Part shown: in pieces, positions 1 to 10,539 of the stretch
Layout of the letters: each line of letters starts with the position of its first letter
How positions within the stretch are numbered: position 1 is the first letter of the stretch
Virus record (IMG/VR): IMGVR_UViG_3300025151_000031
Location: 3,299 to 67,298 of that record
Strand: one strand, 5' to 3'
Length of the DNA: 64,000 nt
From: a virus
Notes under the pieces: model-generated
Seen by the model: the letters and a program-made list of their open reading frames with translations, nothing else
The model's database searches: none
Told to the model about the DNA's origin: nothing
Program-made: the position numbers and the translations under genes

Positions 1-3000
1 GGAGGTAAAATATATTATAGACCTGATATTTCAAATACAGGATTTTCAAAAACTGCAGGAAATCATTATCAAGCCTTAATAGATTATGAAGATTTATCTA
101 CAACTGATAAAGAAGGAAATTTGATACCAAAAGAAGGTCTAAGTGAGCAGGATATAGCAAAAAGAAATAATGCTGAAGCTCAATTAGTATTCTATAAAAC
201 TACAGAACAATTTTTAGAATTAAGAAAAGACAGTAAATCAAAGGTAGGATTAATGCCTGTAGTATCTTCTAATATACCTAATAATTTAAAAGAAGAATTA
301 GGATCCCCTATAGATCAGGGTTCAACACCAACTGTAAAAGTAACCTCAGAGTCTGAAAGAATAAAAGCATTAGATAAAACATTAAATAAAGAAGATAGAG
401 GCTTTGTAGATTTAATGCGAAAAAGAAAAGGAAGAAGTCAAGAAATAATTAACCAAACAATAAAGCAAAAAGCTGGTAATACTGCAGCAGGTAATCAATT
501 ATTAGAAAGGTATAAAGCTGAAGACACATTATCAAATCCAGAAGGAAAAAGAGAAGCCCAATTAATTTCTGCATTTAGTTTATTATATACAAATAAGTTT
601 CAACCAGTAAGCGCAATTGAACCTGTTTTAGATGGTGAATCTGGACGTGCAAGTAAAGTTGACCAAACTATTAGAGAATATGAAGCTTGGAAAACAAGTG
701 GAACTGGTGGTAAAAATGCATGGTATAATACAACTACTAAATTATTTGATAATACAGGAGATATGAGTAGTTCAGAAACTGCTGATATAAAGCTTGTTTT
801 AGTTTATACTAGTGGTAATAGAAAAGGTACTCCTGTTAGAGTAAATAACTCAGGAAAAATATCTAAAGATGGTAAAGGTCGTATTGTATATACATCTATG
901 ATGGACTCTGATTTTTATTTAAAAGATGAAAATGGAGATTATCTTGTAGATAAAAAAGGAAATAAATTACCACGGTTTACTAATAATAATAATTTAACTC
1001 AAACTGTAATAGATGCTAAAATACAAGAGCATAAGGATCTTAGAGAAAGTCTTATAGAAGAAGCTGAAGAAGGTAAGAAAACAAATAGAATTTTTACTAT
1101 AACTAGCTATAACCCAGGAATGCCTAATGTAATGAGTAAAGATGGAGCTCCTCTTTTATTTCCTGTAAGAGGTAGAGCAGTAGGTAAAAAGAAATCTTTA
1201 AAAGATGTTGATATTAAGATTGCAAATATTGTTAATAATGATGGCACATCTAATATTACTGTTGGTGGTGTAATATATGATATACCTAAACCTGGTATGG
1301 TATATACTGTTATAAATGGTAATTTAGCACCTTTAAAAGTTAGAAATTTAAATGATTCTGAAGTTGACAGCATAGTTAATATGCTTAGGTTATTTGAAAA
1401 GAATATGGAGTTGTTACAAGCTCAAGGGATAACAGGTGAAGAACTTATATCTCGTGCAGCTGTTATAGAAGGAGCTGATGATGCTCTTCCTATATTTGAA
1501 TATTTACGTCATATAATATATTATGGTCCTAATACTAACTTAGAAGGATTTGATAAACGTTTTAGACTTTCCTTTAATAAAAATCGTAAAGGGTATGTAT
1601 ATGGAGAAAATGGATTTATAAGTCAGGCACAATTAAAAGCAAATGATCCTGCAGCTATTGCAGATTTTAAAAACTTTTTACGTACTAAAACACATCAAAT
1701 ATCTAAATTTGCTGTAGATAAATCGGTAACTAAGGCTAAAGGAAAAGAAACTGTTTATACACCTTTTGTAGAAGTTTCTCTTAATGACGATCTTACTATA
1801 AAAGAAAAGAAAGTTTGGGCTAATTATAAAGAATATCTTTTACAAGAAAGAGAGGATACTGATTTTGCCCCTCCTCTTCAAACTAGTATGAATGAAGCTG
1901 ACGGGGACTTTACTGCACCACAAACTAAGTATAGATATTTAAGATATACTGCTGGTAAAAAGCAACGTAGTACTTTACAATCTAATAATCCTATTCCTTC
2001 AGTAGAAGCTCCTGTAGGTAAATATGAATACGGAGAAGTTCAATCTGCATCTTTAGCAGAAGAAAAAAGAACTATTGCAGCATTAAAAAATAAACAAAAA
2101 GTAACTATTGAAAATAAAGATCTTGGAATTCCACAAATTGTAGATCCTACTAAAAAGGGGGCTGTTAAATCTCTTAATTCTGTATATGGATTATTTGATA
2201 GTTCAGCACCAGAATTAGAAGATATGACTATATCTAAGTATGTTTCTTTATTAGAAAAAGATCTTGATGAATATGAAAATGAATTCTATTCAGTTCCTTT
2301 TTCAGACTTTACATTTGTTAAAAGAAGACCAGATGCAGAACAGGCGTTAGAAAAAATTAAAATGAATACATCTAAGTCTAATTCTAAAGCTGCAGATCAA
2401 ATGAAAAAGAATCAAGAATTTGATGAAAGAACTGGTAGTGATAGAGATTTCTTAGATTTATTTAAAGATGCACAAAAAACAATATCTGAAGGAGTAGATG
2501 AATATACTTCTAAAGATTTAAAAGATGAAGATTTTGATGATGATAATTTTGATGACGATTCAGTAGACGTTGCTAATTTAGATGTAAGAGGTATAGAAGG
2601 AGGAACAACTAGATTACAAGTAGAGTCTTCTGAAAGAAGTGTGGAAGAGGTAATGAAAGAGATTAAAAAAGCTAAGGAAATGATTCCTTGGGCTGATATT
2701 GAATTAGTTACAGGCTTTATAAAAGGAAATACTCCTTTTGTAGTAGGCCAGTCTAGAGGTTGGGGTAGAATTCTTGTAAGTAATTTAGGTCCTTCAGGCG
2801 TAGTTTATCACGAAGCATATCACCAAGTATGGAGAAATGCTATTCCAGTAAAATTAAGAAAGGCTGCAACAAGATATGTTAATAATTTAGATGGTATAGG
2901 TCGTACTTTTCAAGGAAAGAAAAAAGACTTTTCAAAATTTAACTCTCTTGAAGTAGAAGAATATTTAGCAGAAGAATTTAGAAAGTGGATTATAACAGGA

Positions 3001-6000
3001 GGTAAATATAAAAGTGAAATATATTCTGCCAAAAAGAAAGGTATTATAGCAAATATTTTTGATCGTTTAAAAAGACTATTAAGAAATCTTTTAGGATTAG
3101 ATAGTAATCTTAGACCTTCAGATGATATGTTAGAAGTAGCTGAATTATTTCAAGGTATAGCTGCAGGTGACTATAGTCGTTTAACTGAAATGGATACTAT
3201 AGCTATTAAAGATGCTGATCAAGATTTAAATGAAGTTAAATTATCATCGAGAGAAATTTTTGATAATGATAAAATAGCTAATATGGCACTACTTCCAGAT
3301 AATAGAAATGGAAGAAAAACTAGCGCAAGGTTTTCTATGGATGTATTAAGTACTCTTACTAGACATTTTGGAGAATCATTATTTGAAAATGAAATACCTT
3401 TAAAAAATATTACTACTAGAGATCTAGATAAATTTACAACTCCTGAGAAAAAAGCAGAATTTAATACTAAAATAGAAAATGCTTATATCGCTGCCATAAG
3501 AAATATGGTAAAAGAGTTAGGAACACTGGGTAAATTAAAAAGAGAAGCATGGATTAAAACAGGAGAAAAGAATACTCAATTAGAAGAAGATTTAAAGCGT
3601 ATTATATATCTTCGTAATTACTTAAAGTCAAACTATAGAAACGTTATAGAAGGTCATAGATCGTATTTAAATACCTTAGGATTAGATATCTCTCAAACTT
3701 ATGATAGTTTGACAGATACTATGGATATTACAGAACTAGATCGTACAAAAGATGTATTTGGAATAATGGAATCTTTTGAGTTTTCTAGTATTGCTACAAC
3801 TCATCCTATGATGAAGTTAATGATCGGTACTCTTCCAGGTTCATTTAATACTACTCAAACAAAAGGAGTAGTAGATTTTAATGAGGCTATGAATTTCTTA
3901 TTTGAAAAGTTACAAGGTACTACAGATCTTAAAAGTCAATTACTTATATTAGAATCTTTAAAAGATACAAAACCTTGGATACAATCTTTATTAAATAGAC
4001 TTAATCCAGATCTTTCTGGAACTTCTAATTTTACTTATAGTGAATTAAAAATACATAACTTATTTAATCAGACATTTTCTAAAACAAAAAATGAGTTTTT
4101 AACTCAGCTTATAGATGAAGACGGTAATATTTATAGTGTAGATGCTAATCAAACAACTGTTGCAAATTTAAAAGGTGGGCAGTGGCTTGCTAATCTTATG
4201 GGGAAATTGAATGAAAAGGGATTAGTGAAATTGGATAAAAAAGGAGAAGTAAAAATTGATTTGACTCATAAAATTAAATTTGAAAGTTTAAATCAAAAAA
4301 TATCTATACTTGATTTTAGATCTAATCCTAAATTAAAAAATTATTTTTCAGGTGCTGCAGGTATAGAGTTTTTACAAGCATTTGGTATAGAGTTTACTAA
4401 TCCTGAAGCTATGCTAGCCTCAACAGAAGAAATAGACGGTAAAGCTATTCCAGATATAATAAATGAAGCAGCTCTATGGATTATTAATCAAATTAGTTTG
4501 GACAGAAATGCTGCAAATATTTATGATCAGAATTCTTTAGATATAAAAACTAGACTAGGTAAATTAATAAAAGCAGAAATGCTTTTTAGTGATGATGTGA
4601 TAGAACACAGACATTTTAATCCTGAAGGAAAACCTATATATGGTATTACTTTAAATACCTATATGAGTAAAATAGCTAATCAAATAACAAATGGTATTTT
4701 ACCTAAACATTTAGATCCTAATTTTAATCCTTATACAACTAACTCTATTGTAGTAAGACAATTACCTAAAGGAGGAATTGTTAAAATGCAAGTTATAGAA
4801 GGTTTAAGAATAAATAAAATGGGTGATCAAGGAACCCTATCTAAAAATTTAACTCCTGCAGATAGAATAGCTTCTAATTTAAATTCTGTATTAAAGAATG
4901 GTGTATTTCCTATACTTAGAACAGGTGATTTAGGGACAGAATTTGGAGTAAAACTTCCATTTAATACATTTAGAAATATTGATAGTGCTAAAAAAGAAAT
5001 ATTAGGTTATATTTTAGATGAAATTTTAGTGTCTCAAAAATTAAATACAGAGGGATTAGGAAGCGATATAAATAAATTTAGAGAGGACGCTAAAGATTTA
5101 AGAGTGTTTAAAGACATTCTTGCTTTATCTGATAATGATCTATTTAAAAATAATTTAAAACGAGTTTTACAAGGAGAACAAGATGTTTCTGAATTTATGA
5201 CTACGCACGGTGATCATATGTTTGAAATGGTTAAATTCTATTTAGAAGATCAAGCATCTGAAACCATAAAAATTTGGACAGAAAATAGAATAGTAGATAG
5301 TATTGATCGTGGTTATTTTGATAATAATGCAATAGATAATTCTATTATTCAAAATATTGTAGGAGATATTAAAAACAAACGTAAGCTTACTGATGCCCAG
5401 TTAATAAAAGTAGCAGAAGCATTTGTTATAAATGATTTTATTGCAAATACAGAACAATTGAAGATATTTTTTGGTGATCCTGCTCATTATAAAGCTTTTT
5501 ATAAAAGAACAAAGGGTGCTGCGGGTACAAAGAAATTTGCTAGATCAGATGTATTTATAGATGAATGGTTAAACAAAGAAGAAAATAAAAGAAGAGACAA
5601 TAAAGTTGCAGACGGAACTGCTGAGGTAGTTGTTATGGAAGATCCAATGTCTGAAAGTGTATGGAGCACTGAATATGAAAGATACTTAGGAGATCCAGGA
5701 AGATTATACAGAACAAATCCTGAAGCAGATGCAAATGCTTGGGCTAATATGCACTTTTATAGAGAACTTATGATTAGAGTTGGTGATTGGACAGATCAAC
5801 AAGAAGATTTATATAAAAAGATGTTTGATCCTAATCAAGAAGACTTAACTATAGAAGAATTAACTGCGTTCCCTCCATTAAAACCACAGTATTTTGGACC
5901 TCAAGTAACAGGAGAGGCATTTAGTCCTATGTATATGATGAAGTTATCTTTAACTCCATTATTTCCACAAATGACTGTTATGAATGGGCAAAGAACGCAA

Positions 6001-9000
6001 TTAGCGGATCTTATGGATGATATGAGTGATAAGCAAATTGATATTGTTTTACATCCATCAGGAGTTAAAGTTGGGCACAAGGTAACAGAAGAAGGTATAA
6101 CCCCTCCTTTTTATAACGAACAAGGAGTTATTAATAAAATAGATCCTGACAGTGCCAGCACAATAGATTTATCTTACTTTGGGGTACAGTTAGATATTTC
6201 TCCAAAACCAAAATCTTTTTCTACTATAGGAACACAAGCACGTACACACATACTTGGTAATTTATATCACAATGGTGTTCCTAAAGATTATCCTGTAAAT
6301 GCAGCTATTAGCTGGGATAATTTAAATGAAATTGAAAAAATAGCTGCAAGTCCTGTTCATGCTAAGGCAGTTAGATATACTCAATTAGTTAATGGATTTT
6401 CAGTCCAAGCCAGACAAAAAGTATTAGATAAATTTAATCTAATACAAGAAAATGGGAAATATAAACTTAAAGATGGAGACATGTCTAAGTTTATAGACTT
6501 TATTCAAGCTGAAATAGCAAAAAGAAAATGGCCTGAAAATATAGCTGAAGGAGTTAATTGGTTATTATCTAGAAATGAGAACGAAAGAGTATTTGATATC
6601 TTAGTTAATAAAGGTATGATTGAAACTCTTTTATTTTCAACCATAGGTAAGTCTGCTATTGCCCAAAAGTTTAAAGGGGATTTAAAAGTTCAAGTATCAT
6701 CTACTGGATTTGAAGTAACAGCAAGGGCTGTTAAACAAAAAGATTTAAAAGGCAACTTTGGACTTGGAACAGGTACTTTAGAGTTTTATCATAAAGAAGA
6801 TACTAATGATCGTAACTCTAAAACTCTTGGAATGGAGGTATATATGCCGCATTATTTTAAAGAGTATTTTGGACAAGACATGGAGATTAGACCTGACGGC
6901 ATTTATAGTGCAGAAGGTGTAAAAGTTGGGGACAATTCTTTACTTGAAATAATAGGATTCCGTATTCCTACTGATGGATTGCATTCAATAGAATTTATAA
7001 AAGTAAAAGGGTTTTTACCAGAAGCTGCTGGACCTATGATTGTAGTCCCTTCTGAAATTACTGTAAAAGCAGGATCTGACTTTGATATTGATAAACTTAC
7101 TTTATATTTCCCATCTTATAAAAGATTATTTGATGGTACAATTGTTAAAAGAAGATATATTGATGGAGACACTAACAATGATGAAGTATTAGAACAACTT
7201 TATAATCAAGTATATGGCCCTACTATTAATTATGCTAAAGAGTTAGATAGAAGCTTAGCAGAAGCAGATAGAAATAAAGAAGGAGATGAGGTATATGACT
7301 CATCTATAGAGGATTTAATGAAGGCTATGTTTGGTGAAGAAGCATTCCAAGATGCTACAGAATATACAGAAGCAGAGTTAGATGTATTATTAAAGCAATT
7401 TAAAGCAAATGAAAACTTAGATCCTAAAACAAGAGAAGATTTTGTTATAGATCAATATAAAAAATTAAAAGACAGATTAAAGTATATTCCATCAGTACAA
7501 GAATATATTAAAGAAAATAAAGGAAAACCAGCAGCAGAATTAAATCATCCAGGAGCTGTCCAAAATGAAATAATGGACATAATGAAAGATGTATTATCTG
7601 ATCCTGATTCGTATGAACAATTATTGCATCCTATTGGAATTAAAAGATTAGGAGATGTAGCTGATGTTGTTAGAGCGGCTACAAATCAACCTATAAGATC
7701 TGAAAAAGATAATTTAGGATACGCAGAACTTATATCTTTTCCTAATAGACATAAAGTAAATACAGAACTTATGGTTGGTAAAAGAGGCTTAGGTATTGCT
7801 GCAGTAAATGCAACACACCAAGTAAAGAGCCAACTAGCTAATTTACATGTTCCACACAATAAAATAATAAACCATTTTGGAAATGAATTTAAAATAGGAT
7901 TACATTTTGAGGGATTTGAGTCTTCTAGTCAAGGTGGAGTAATTGATTTAGGGAGGATATATGATTCACAAGGAGAGAATATTAGCGAGGTTTTATCTGA
8001 ACTTGTAAATGCTTTTGCAGATGTATCAGAAGATCCTATAATATTAGATTTGAACTTAGTACAAGAAACAGCTTCTGCTGCATACTTTTTAATAAGAGCT
8101 GGCGTTCCAGTAGAAACTGTAGTTTTATTTTTAAATCAGCCTATTATAAAAGAATACATTCAAAGAAGAAATATAAATAATAGTAAATTTTTAAATGCAA
8201 GAGGTAAAGATGTACCTGTTCATGATTTAGTAGACTCTTTATTAAATAAATATGAAGCAGAAGGTATAGCTAAATTATCTAAAACTCCTACTATCTTTTC
8301 TCAAGATAGATTACAGTTAATGATGGGAAAAACTTTTGTGGAAATGAAAGCTAGTCAAGAAAATGCACAAGAAAAATATTTAGATGATCAGCTTCAAATT
8401 TTTAATCATTTTAGAATGTATGATGCTATAGGAACTAAGTTAACTCAATTAACTATAGGAACTTCTCATGATACTAAAGCAGCTAAAAATAGAAATCATG
8501 CTAAATTATTATTAGATAGAAGCGATGAAATTATTAGCTCAGAATATTTTGTAAATAGTAAAAAATTATTAGATAATACCCACTTAGGAGAATTCAGAAA
8601 TACAGTGGATACATCAAGCAAAATGTTTAATAATTTCTTTATTAGTGAATTAGCAGGAGTAAGGCATGTAGCACAATTAGATAAAATATTTGAAGTTTTT
8701 TCTGATCCTGAAATTAGATGGGCAGATAATAAACGACTAGCAGCATTAAATGAAGCAGAAAACGACTTTATGGTAGCTGTAATGTCTTATGCATTAAAAT
8801 CTGAAGGTGATGTAAGGTTATATGATAGAATAGAATCTTTATTCCAGGGACCAAATAGCCTTCCTATACAAGTTAAAAAACTTCAACAATTAGGTAAGTA
8901 TCAAGCTAATCCTTTTGTAGCAGGATTATTACCTATTATTGATGAAACTAGAGGGGATTTAAAGAAAACAGATAATATAAAATATTATCATAGAATTTTA

Positions 9001-10536
9001 AATACATATGAAAAGAATTTACTTAGAGATGCATTCTTAGAGTTACCTGAAAATTTCCAAAACGCATTAATAGACTTTGGAATACTACAATCTGGTTTGT
9101 CTTCTACTAATGTATCCTTTTTAAATCTAGTTCCTAATGAAAAATATGCATCTAGAGCAGTAAATATTATTCCTCAAATGAGAAATTTAAAAATTGATGC
9201 TACTAATGAAGGGCTATCTAATTTTTATAATAACTTCTTTAAAAATAATGCAGAGAATTCTAATGTAGTTCCAAGGGTACCATATAGTAAAAGAGCAAAA
9301 GATAAATTAGGCAATACTTTAGATAGACCTAAAATTGTAGAAAGCGATTCTTTGGGAAGGTTCCCGTATTTAGCTGTAACTGTTCAGTCAGTTGATGCTA
9401 AAACTGCAAAGTTAATGAGAGACAGAGGAGAAAAAGTACCTACAAAGGTAAAACTTTTTAAAAACACGTATAGATTAGGCCCACCTTTTACTCTTCCAAA
9501 TGGAGATCAAATAAGATTTTGGCAATATATGGAAGTAGATAAATTAGGTAATGGTAAATTCTTAAAAGAATATCCTCCTAATAATCAAACTTCTGTTATA
9601 CCAGGTAATCTTTCTTCAAATAGAAGCGTAGAAATTATAAGCAAACTAGTACATAAACCGTATCCACTTAAAATGGATCCTTGGCAAATATCTTCTATAA
9701 GTAATGGACAAACAACATCTTTAGCAAATCCTGTTAAAAAATTAACTTCAGGTACATATGTATTACCTAATGCTAGTATAATAGAAATTGCATTAGAAGG
9801 AAGCGTTACTGTTAAAGACTTAAGAAGTTTATCTGAAAAAAGTGTATTTGCCAATAGATTAGGATATAGAAATTGGGATACTTTAGTAAGATCTATTAAT
9901 AGTGGAAAAAATACAATACCTAAAAAATGGTTAAAAAATGAAACTGCAATAGATGTACATAGAATTGAACATAGAATAGTTCCTCCTAACCCTGAAAATA
10001 AAATACAATCTGACTTATCAGTTAGATTTACTCCTAAAGAAGTAGAAGAGTTAGATGGTTGGGGAGCAGGGCCTGCAGGAGGACCAATGGTAAAGGCTGT
10101 TAAAGAAAAATTAGAACAAGAAATTGAAAAGCAAATAGATGAAGGTAAATCTACATTTATTGTAGATCTAAGCCCTGGAATGGGATTAATGGCCGCAGAT
10201 GTTCTTATTAGAAAACAAAGAGAATTAGCTCGTATTAACCAAAATATAAGTATAGTTGGAGTACGACCTTTTAGATCTCAACCAAACAAATGGCCTAAAG
10301 GCTGGCAAGAAGAATATAAATTAATTGTAAGATTATTAGAAAAAAATCCTAACTTTGTAAAAACTTTATATAAAGATCCTAAAACTAAACAAGAAGCAGG
10401 AGAACTTTATTCTAAAGGATCTTCATGGATTGTATCTAAAGCAAAAACTGAAATAGATATTAATTTAAATGAAATCAAAGAACTATTAGAACTGGAAGCT
10501 AATGACAGACTAGATAGTCAAGAATGTAATCCTTAA
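1..10536 (+). CDS. Giant virion-packaged two-barrel RNA polymerase polyprotein (crAss-like), 5'-truncated by the window; zincin motif plus C-terminal ASCH-like and YspA/SLOG-like domains
   Basis: Frame is open from base 1 (GGA GGT AAA...), so the TTG at 121 is not the true start. Catalytic motif GSDFDIDKL (DFDID at 7078-7092) is preceded by GFRIPT, as in crAss-like virion RNAPs such as phi14:2 gp66. Zincin motif VYHEAYH (HEAYH at 2809-2823) has a downstream EEYLAE. Confidence 0.92.
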   Translation, partial: GGKIYYRPDISNTGFSKTAGNHYQALIDYEDLSTTDKEGNLIPKEGLSEQDIAKRNNAEAQLVFYKTTEQFLELRKDSKSKVGLMPVVSSNIPNNLKEELGSPIDQGSTPTVKVTSESERIKALDKTLNKEDRGFVDLMRKRKGRSQEIINQTIKQKAGNTAAGNQLLERYKAEDTLSNPEGKREAQLISAFSLLYTNKFQPVSAIEPVLDGESGRASKVDQTIREYEAWKTSGTGGKNAWYNTTTKLFDNTGDMSSSETADIKLVLVYTSGNRKGTPVRVNNSGKISKDGKGRIVYTSMMDSDFYLKDENGDYLVDKKGNKLPRFTNNNNLTQTVIDAKIQEHKDLRESLIEEAEEGKKTNRIFTITSYNPGMPNVMSKDGAPLLFPVRGRAVGKKKSLKDVDIKIANIVNNDGTSNITVGGVIYDIPKPGMVYTVINGNLAPLKVRNLNDSEVDSIVNMLRLFEKNMELLQAQGITGEELISRAAVIEGADDALPIFEYLRHIIYYGPNTNLEGFDKRFRLSFNKNRKGYVYGENGFISQAQLKANDPAAIADFKNFLRTKTHQISKFAVDKSVTKAKGKETVYTPFVEVSLNDDLTIKEKKVWANYKEYLLQEREDTDFAPPLQTSMNEADGDFTAPQTKYRYLRYTAGKKQRSTLQSNNPIPSVEAPVGKYEYGEVQSASLAEEKRTIAALKNKQKVTIENKDLGIPQIVDPTKKGAVKSLNSVYGLFDSSAPELEDMTISKYVSLLEKDLDEYENEFYSVPFSDFTFVKRRPDAEQALEKIKMNTSKSNSKAADQMKKNQEFDERTGSDRDFLDLFKDAQKTISEGVDEYTSKDLKDEDFDDDNFDDDSVDVANLDVRGIEGGTTRLQVESSERSVEEVMKEIKKAKEMIPWADIELVTGFIKGNTPFVVGQSRGWGRILVSNLGPSGVVYHEAYHQVWRNAIPVKLRKAATRYVNNLDGIGRTFQGKKKDFSKFNSLEVEEYLAEEFRKWIITGGKYKSEIYSAKKKGIIANIFDRLKRLLRNLLGLDSNLRPSDDMLEVAELFQGIAAGDYSRLTEMDTIAIKDADQDLNEVKLSSREIFDNDKIANMALLPDNRNGRKTSARFSMDVLSTLTRHFGESLFENEIPLKNITTRDLDKFTTPEKKAEFNTKIENAYIAAIRNMVKELGTLGKLKREAWIKTGEKNTQLEEDLKRIIYLRNYLKSNYRNVIEGHRSYLNTLGLDISQTYDSLTDTMDITELDRTKDVFGIMESFEFSSIATTHPMMKLMIGTLPGSFNTTQTKGVVDFNEAMNFLFEKLQGTTDLKSQLLILESLKDTKPWIQSLLNRLNPDLSGTSNFTYSELKIHNLFNQTFSKTKNEFLTQLIDEDGNIYSVDANQTTVANLKGGQWLANLMGKLNEKGLVKLDKKGEVKIDLTHKIKFESLNQKISILDFRSNPKLKNYFSGAAGIEFLQAFGIEFTNPEAMLASTEEIDGKAIPDIINEAALWIINQISLDRNAANIYDQNSLDIKTRLGKLIKAEMLFSDDVIEHRHFNPEGKPIYGITLNTYMSKIANQITNGILPKHLDPNFNPYTTNSIVVRQLPKGGIVKMQVIEGLRINKMGDQGTLSKNLTPADRIASNLNSVLKNGVFPILRTGDLGTEFGVKLPFNTFRNIDSAKKEILGYILDEILVSQKLNTEGLGSDINKFREDAKDLRVFKDILALSDNDLFKNNLKRVLQGEQDVSEFMTTHGDHMFEMVKFYLEDQASETIKIWTENRIVDSIDRGYFDNNAIDNSIIQNIVGDIKNKRKLTDAQLIKVAEAFVINDFIANTEQLKIFFGDPAHYKAFYKRTKGAAGTKKFARSDVFIDEWLNKEENKRRDNKVADGTAEVVVMEDPMSESVWSTEYERYLGDPGRLYRTNPEADANAWANMHFYRELMIRVGDWTDQQEDLYKKMFDPNQEDLTIEELTAFPPLKPQYFGPQVTGEAFSPMYMMKLSLTPLFPQMTVMNGQRTQLADLMDDMSDKQIDIVLHPSGVKVGHKVTEEGITPPFYNEQGVINKIDPDSASTIDLSYFGVQLDISPKPKSFSTIGTQARTHILGNLYHNGVPKDYPVNAAISWDNLNEIEKIAASPVHAKAVRYTQLVNGFSVQARQKVLDKFNLIQENGKYKLKDGDMSKFIDFIQAEIAKRKWPENIAEGVNWLLSRNENERVFDILVNKGMIETLLFSTIGKSAIAQKFKGDLKVQVSSTGFEVTARAVKQKDLKGNFGLGTGTLEFYHKEDTNDRNSKTLGMEVYMPHYFKEYFGQDMEIRPDGIYSAEGVKVGDNSLLEIIGFRIPTDGLHSIEFIKVKGFLPEAAGPMIVVPSEITVKAGSDFDIDKLTLYFPSYKRLFDGTIVKRRYIDGDTNNDEVLEQLYNQVYGPTINYAKELDRSLAEADRNKEGDEVYDSSIEDLMKAMFGEEAFQDATEYTEAELDVLLKQFKANENLDPKTREDFVIDQYKKLKDRLKYIPSVQEYIKENKGKPAAELNHPGAVQNEIMDIMKDVLSDPDSYEQLLHPIGIKRLGDVADVVRAATNQPIRSEKDNLGYAELISFPNRHKVNTELMVGKRGLGIAAVNATHQVKSQLANLHVPHNKIINHFGNEFKIGLHFEGFESSSQGGVIDLGRIYDSQGENISEVLSELVNAFADVSEDPIILDLNLVQETASAAYFLIRAGVPVETVVLFLNQPIIKEYIQRRNINNSKFLNARGKDVPVHDLVDSLLNKYEAEGIAKLSKTPTIFSQDRLQLMMGKTFVEMKASQENAQEKYLDDQLQIFNHFRMYDAIGTKLTQLTIGTSHDTKAAKNRNHAKLLLDRSDEIISSEYFVNSKKLLDNTHLGEFRNTVDTSSKMFNNFFISELAGVRHVAQLDKIFEVFSDPEIRWADNKRLAALNEAENDFMVAVMSYALKSEGDVRLYDRIESLFQGPNSLPIQVKKLQQLGKYQANPFVAGLLPIIDETRGDLKKTDNIKYYHRILNTYEKNLLRDAFLELPENFQNALIDFGILQSGLSSTNVSFLNLVPNEKYASRAVNIIPQMRNLKIDATNEGLSNFYNNFFKNNAENSNVVPRVPYSKRAKDKLGNTLDRPKIVESDSLGRFPYLAVTVQSVDAKTAKLMRDRGEKVPTKVKLFKNTYRLGPPFTLPNGDQIRFWQYMEVDKLGNGKFLKEYPPNNQTSVIPGNLSSNRSVEIISKLVHKPYPLKMDPWQISSISNGQTTSLANPVKKLTSGTYVLPNASIIEIALEGSVTVKDLRSLSEKSVFANRLGYRNWDTLVRSINSGKNTIPKKWLKNETAIDVHRIEHRIVPPNPENKIQSDLSVRFTPKEVEELDGWGAGPAGGPMVKAVKEKLEQEIEKQIDEGKSTFIVDLSPGMGLMAADVLIRKQRELARINQNISIVGVRPFRSQPNKWPKGWQEEYKLIVRLLEKNPNFVKTLYKDPKTKQEAGELYSKGSSWIVSKAKTEIDINLNEIKELLELEANDRLDSQECNP

Positions 10537-10539
10537 ATT

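Noticed and set aside
121-123. TTG at 121 as the vRNAP start
   Set aside because: The frame is open back to base 1, so the gene starts upstream of the window.
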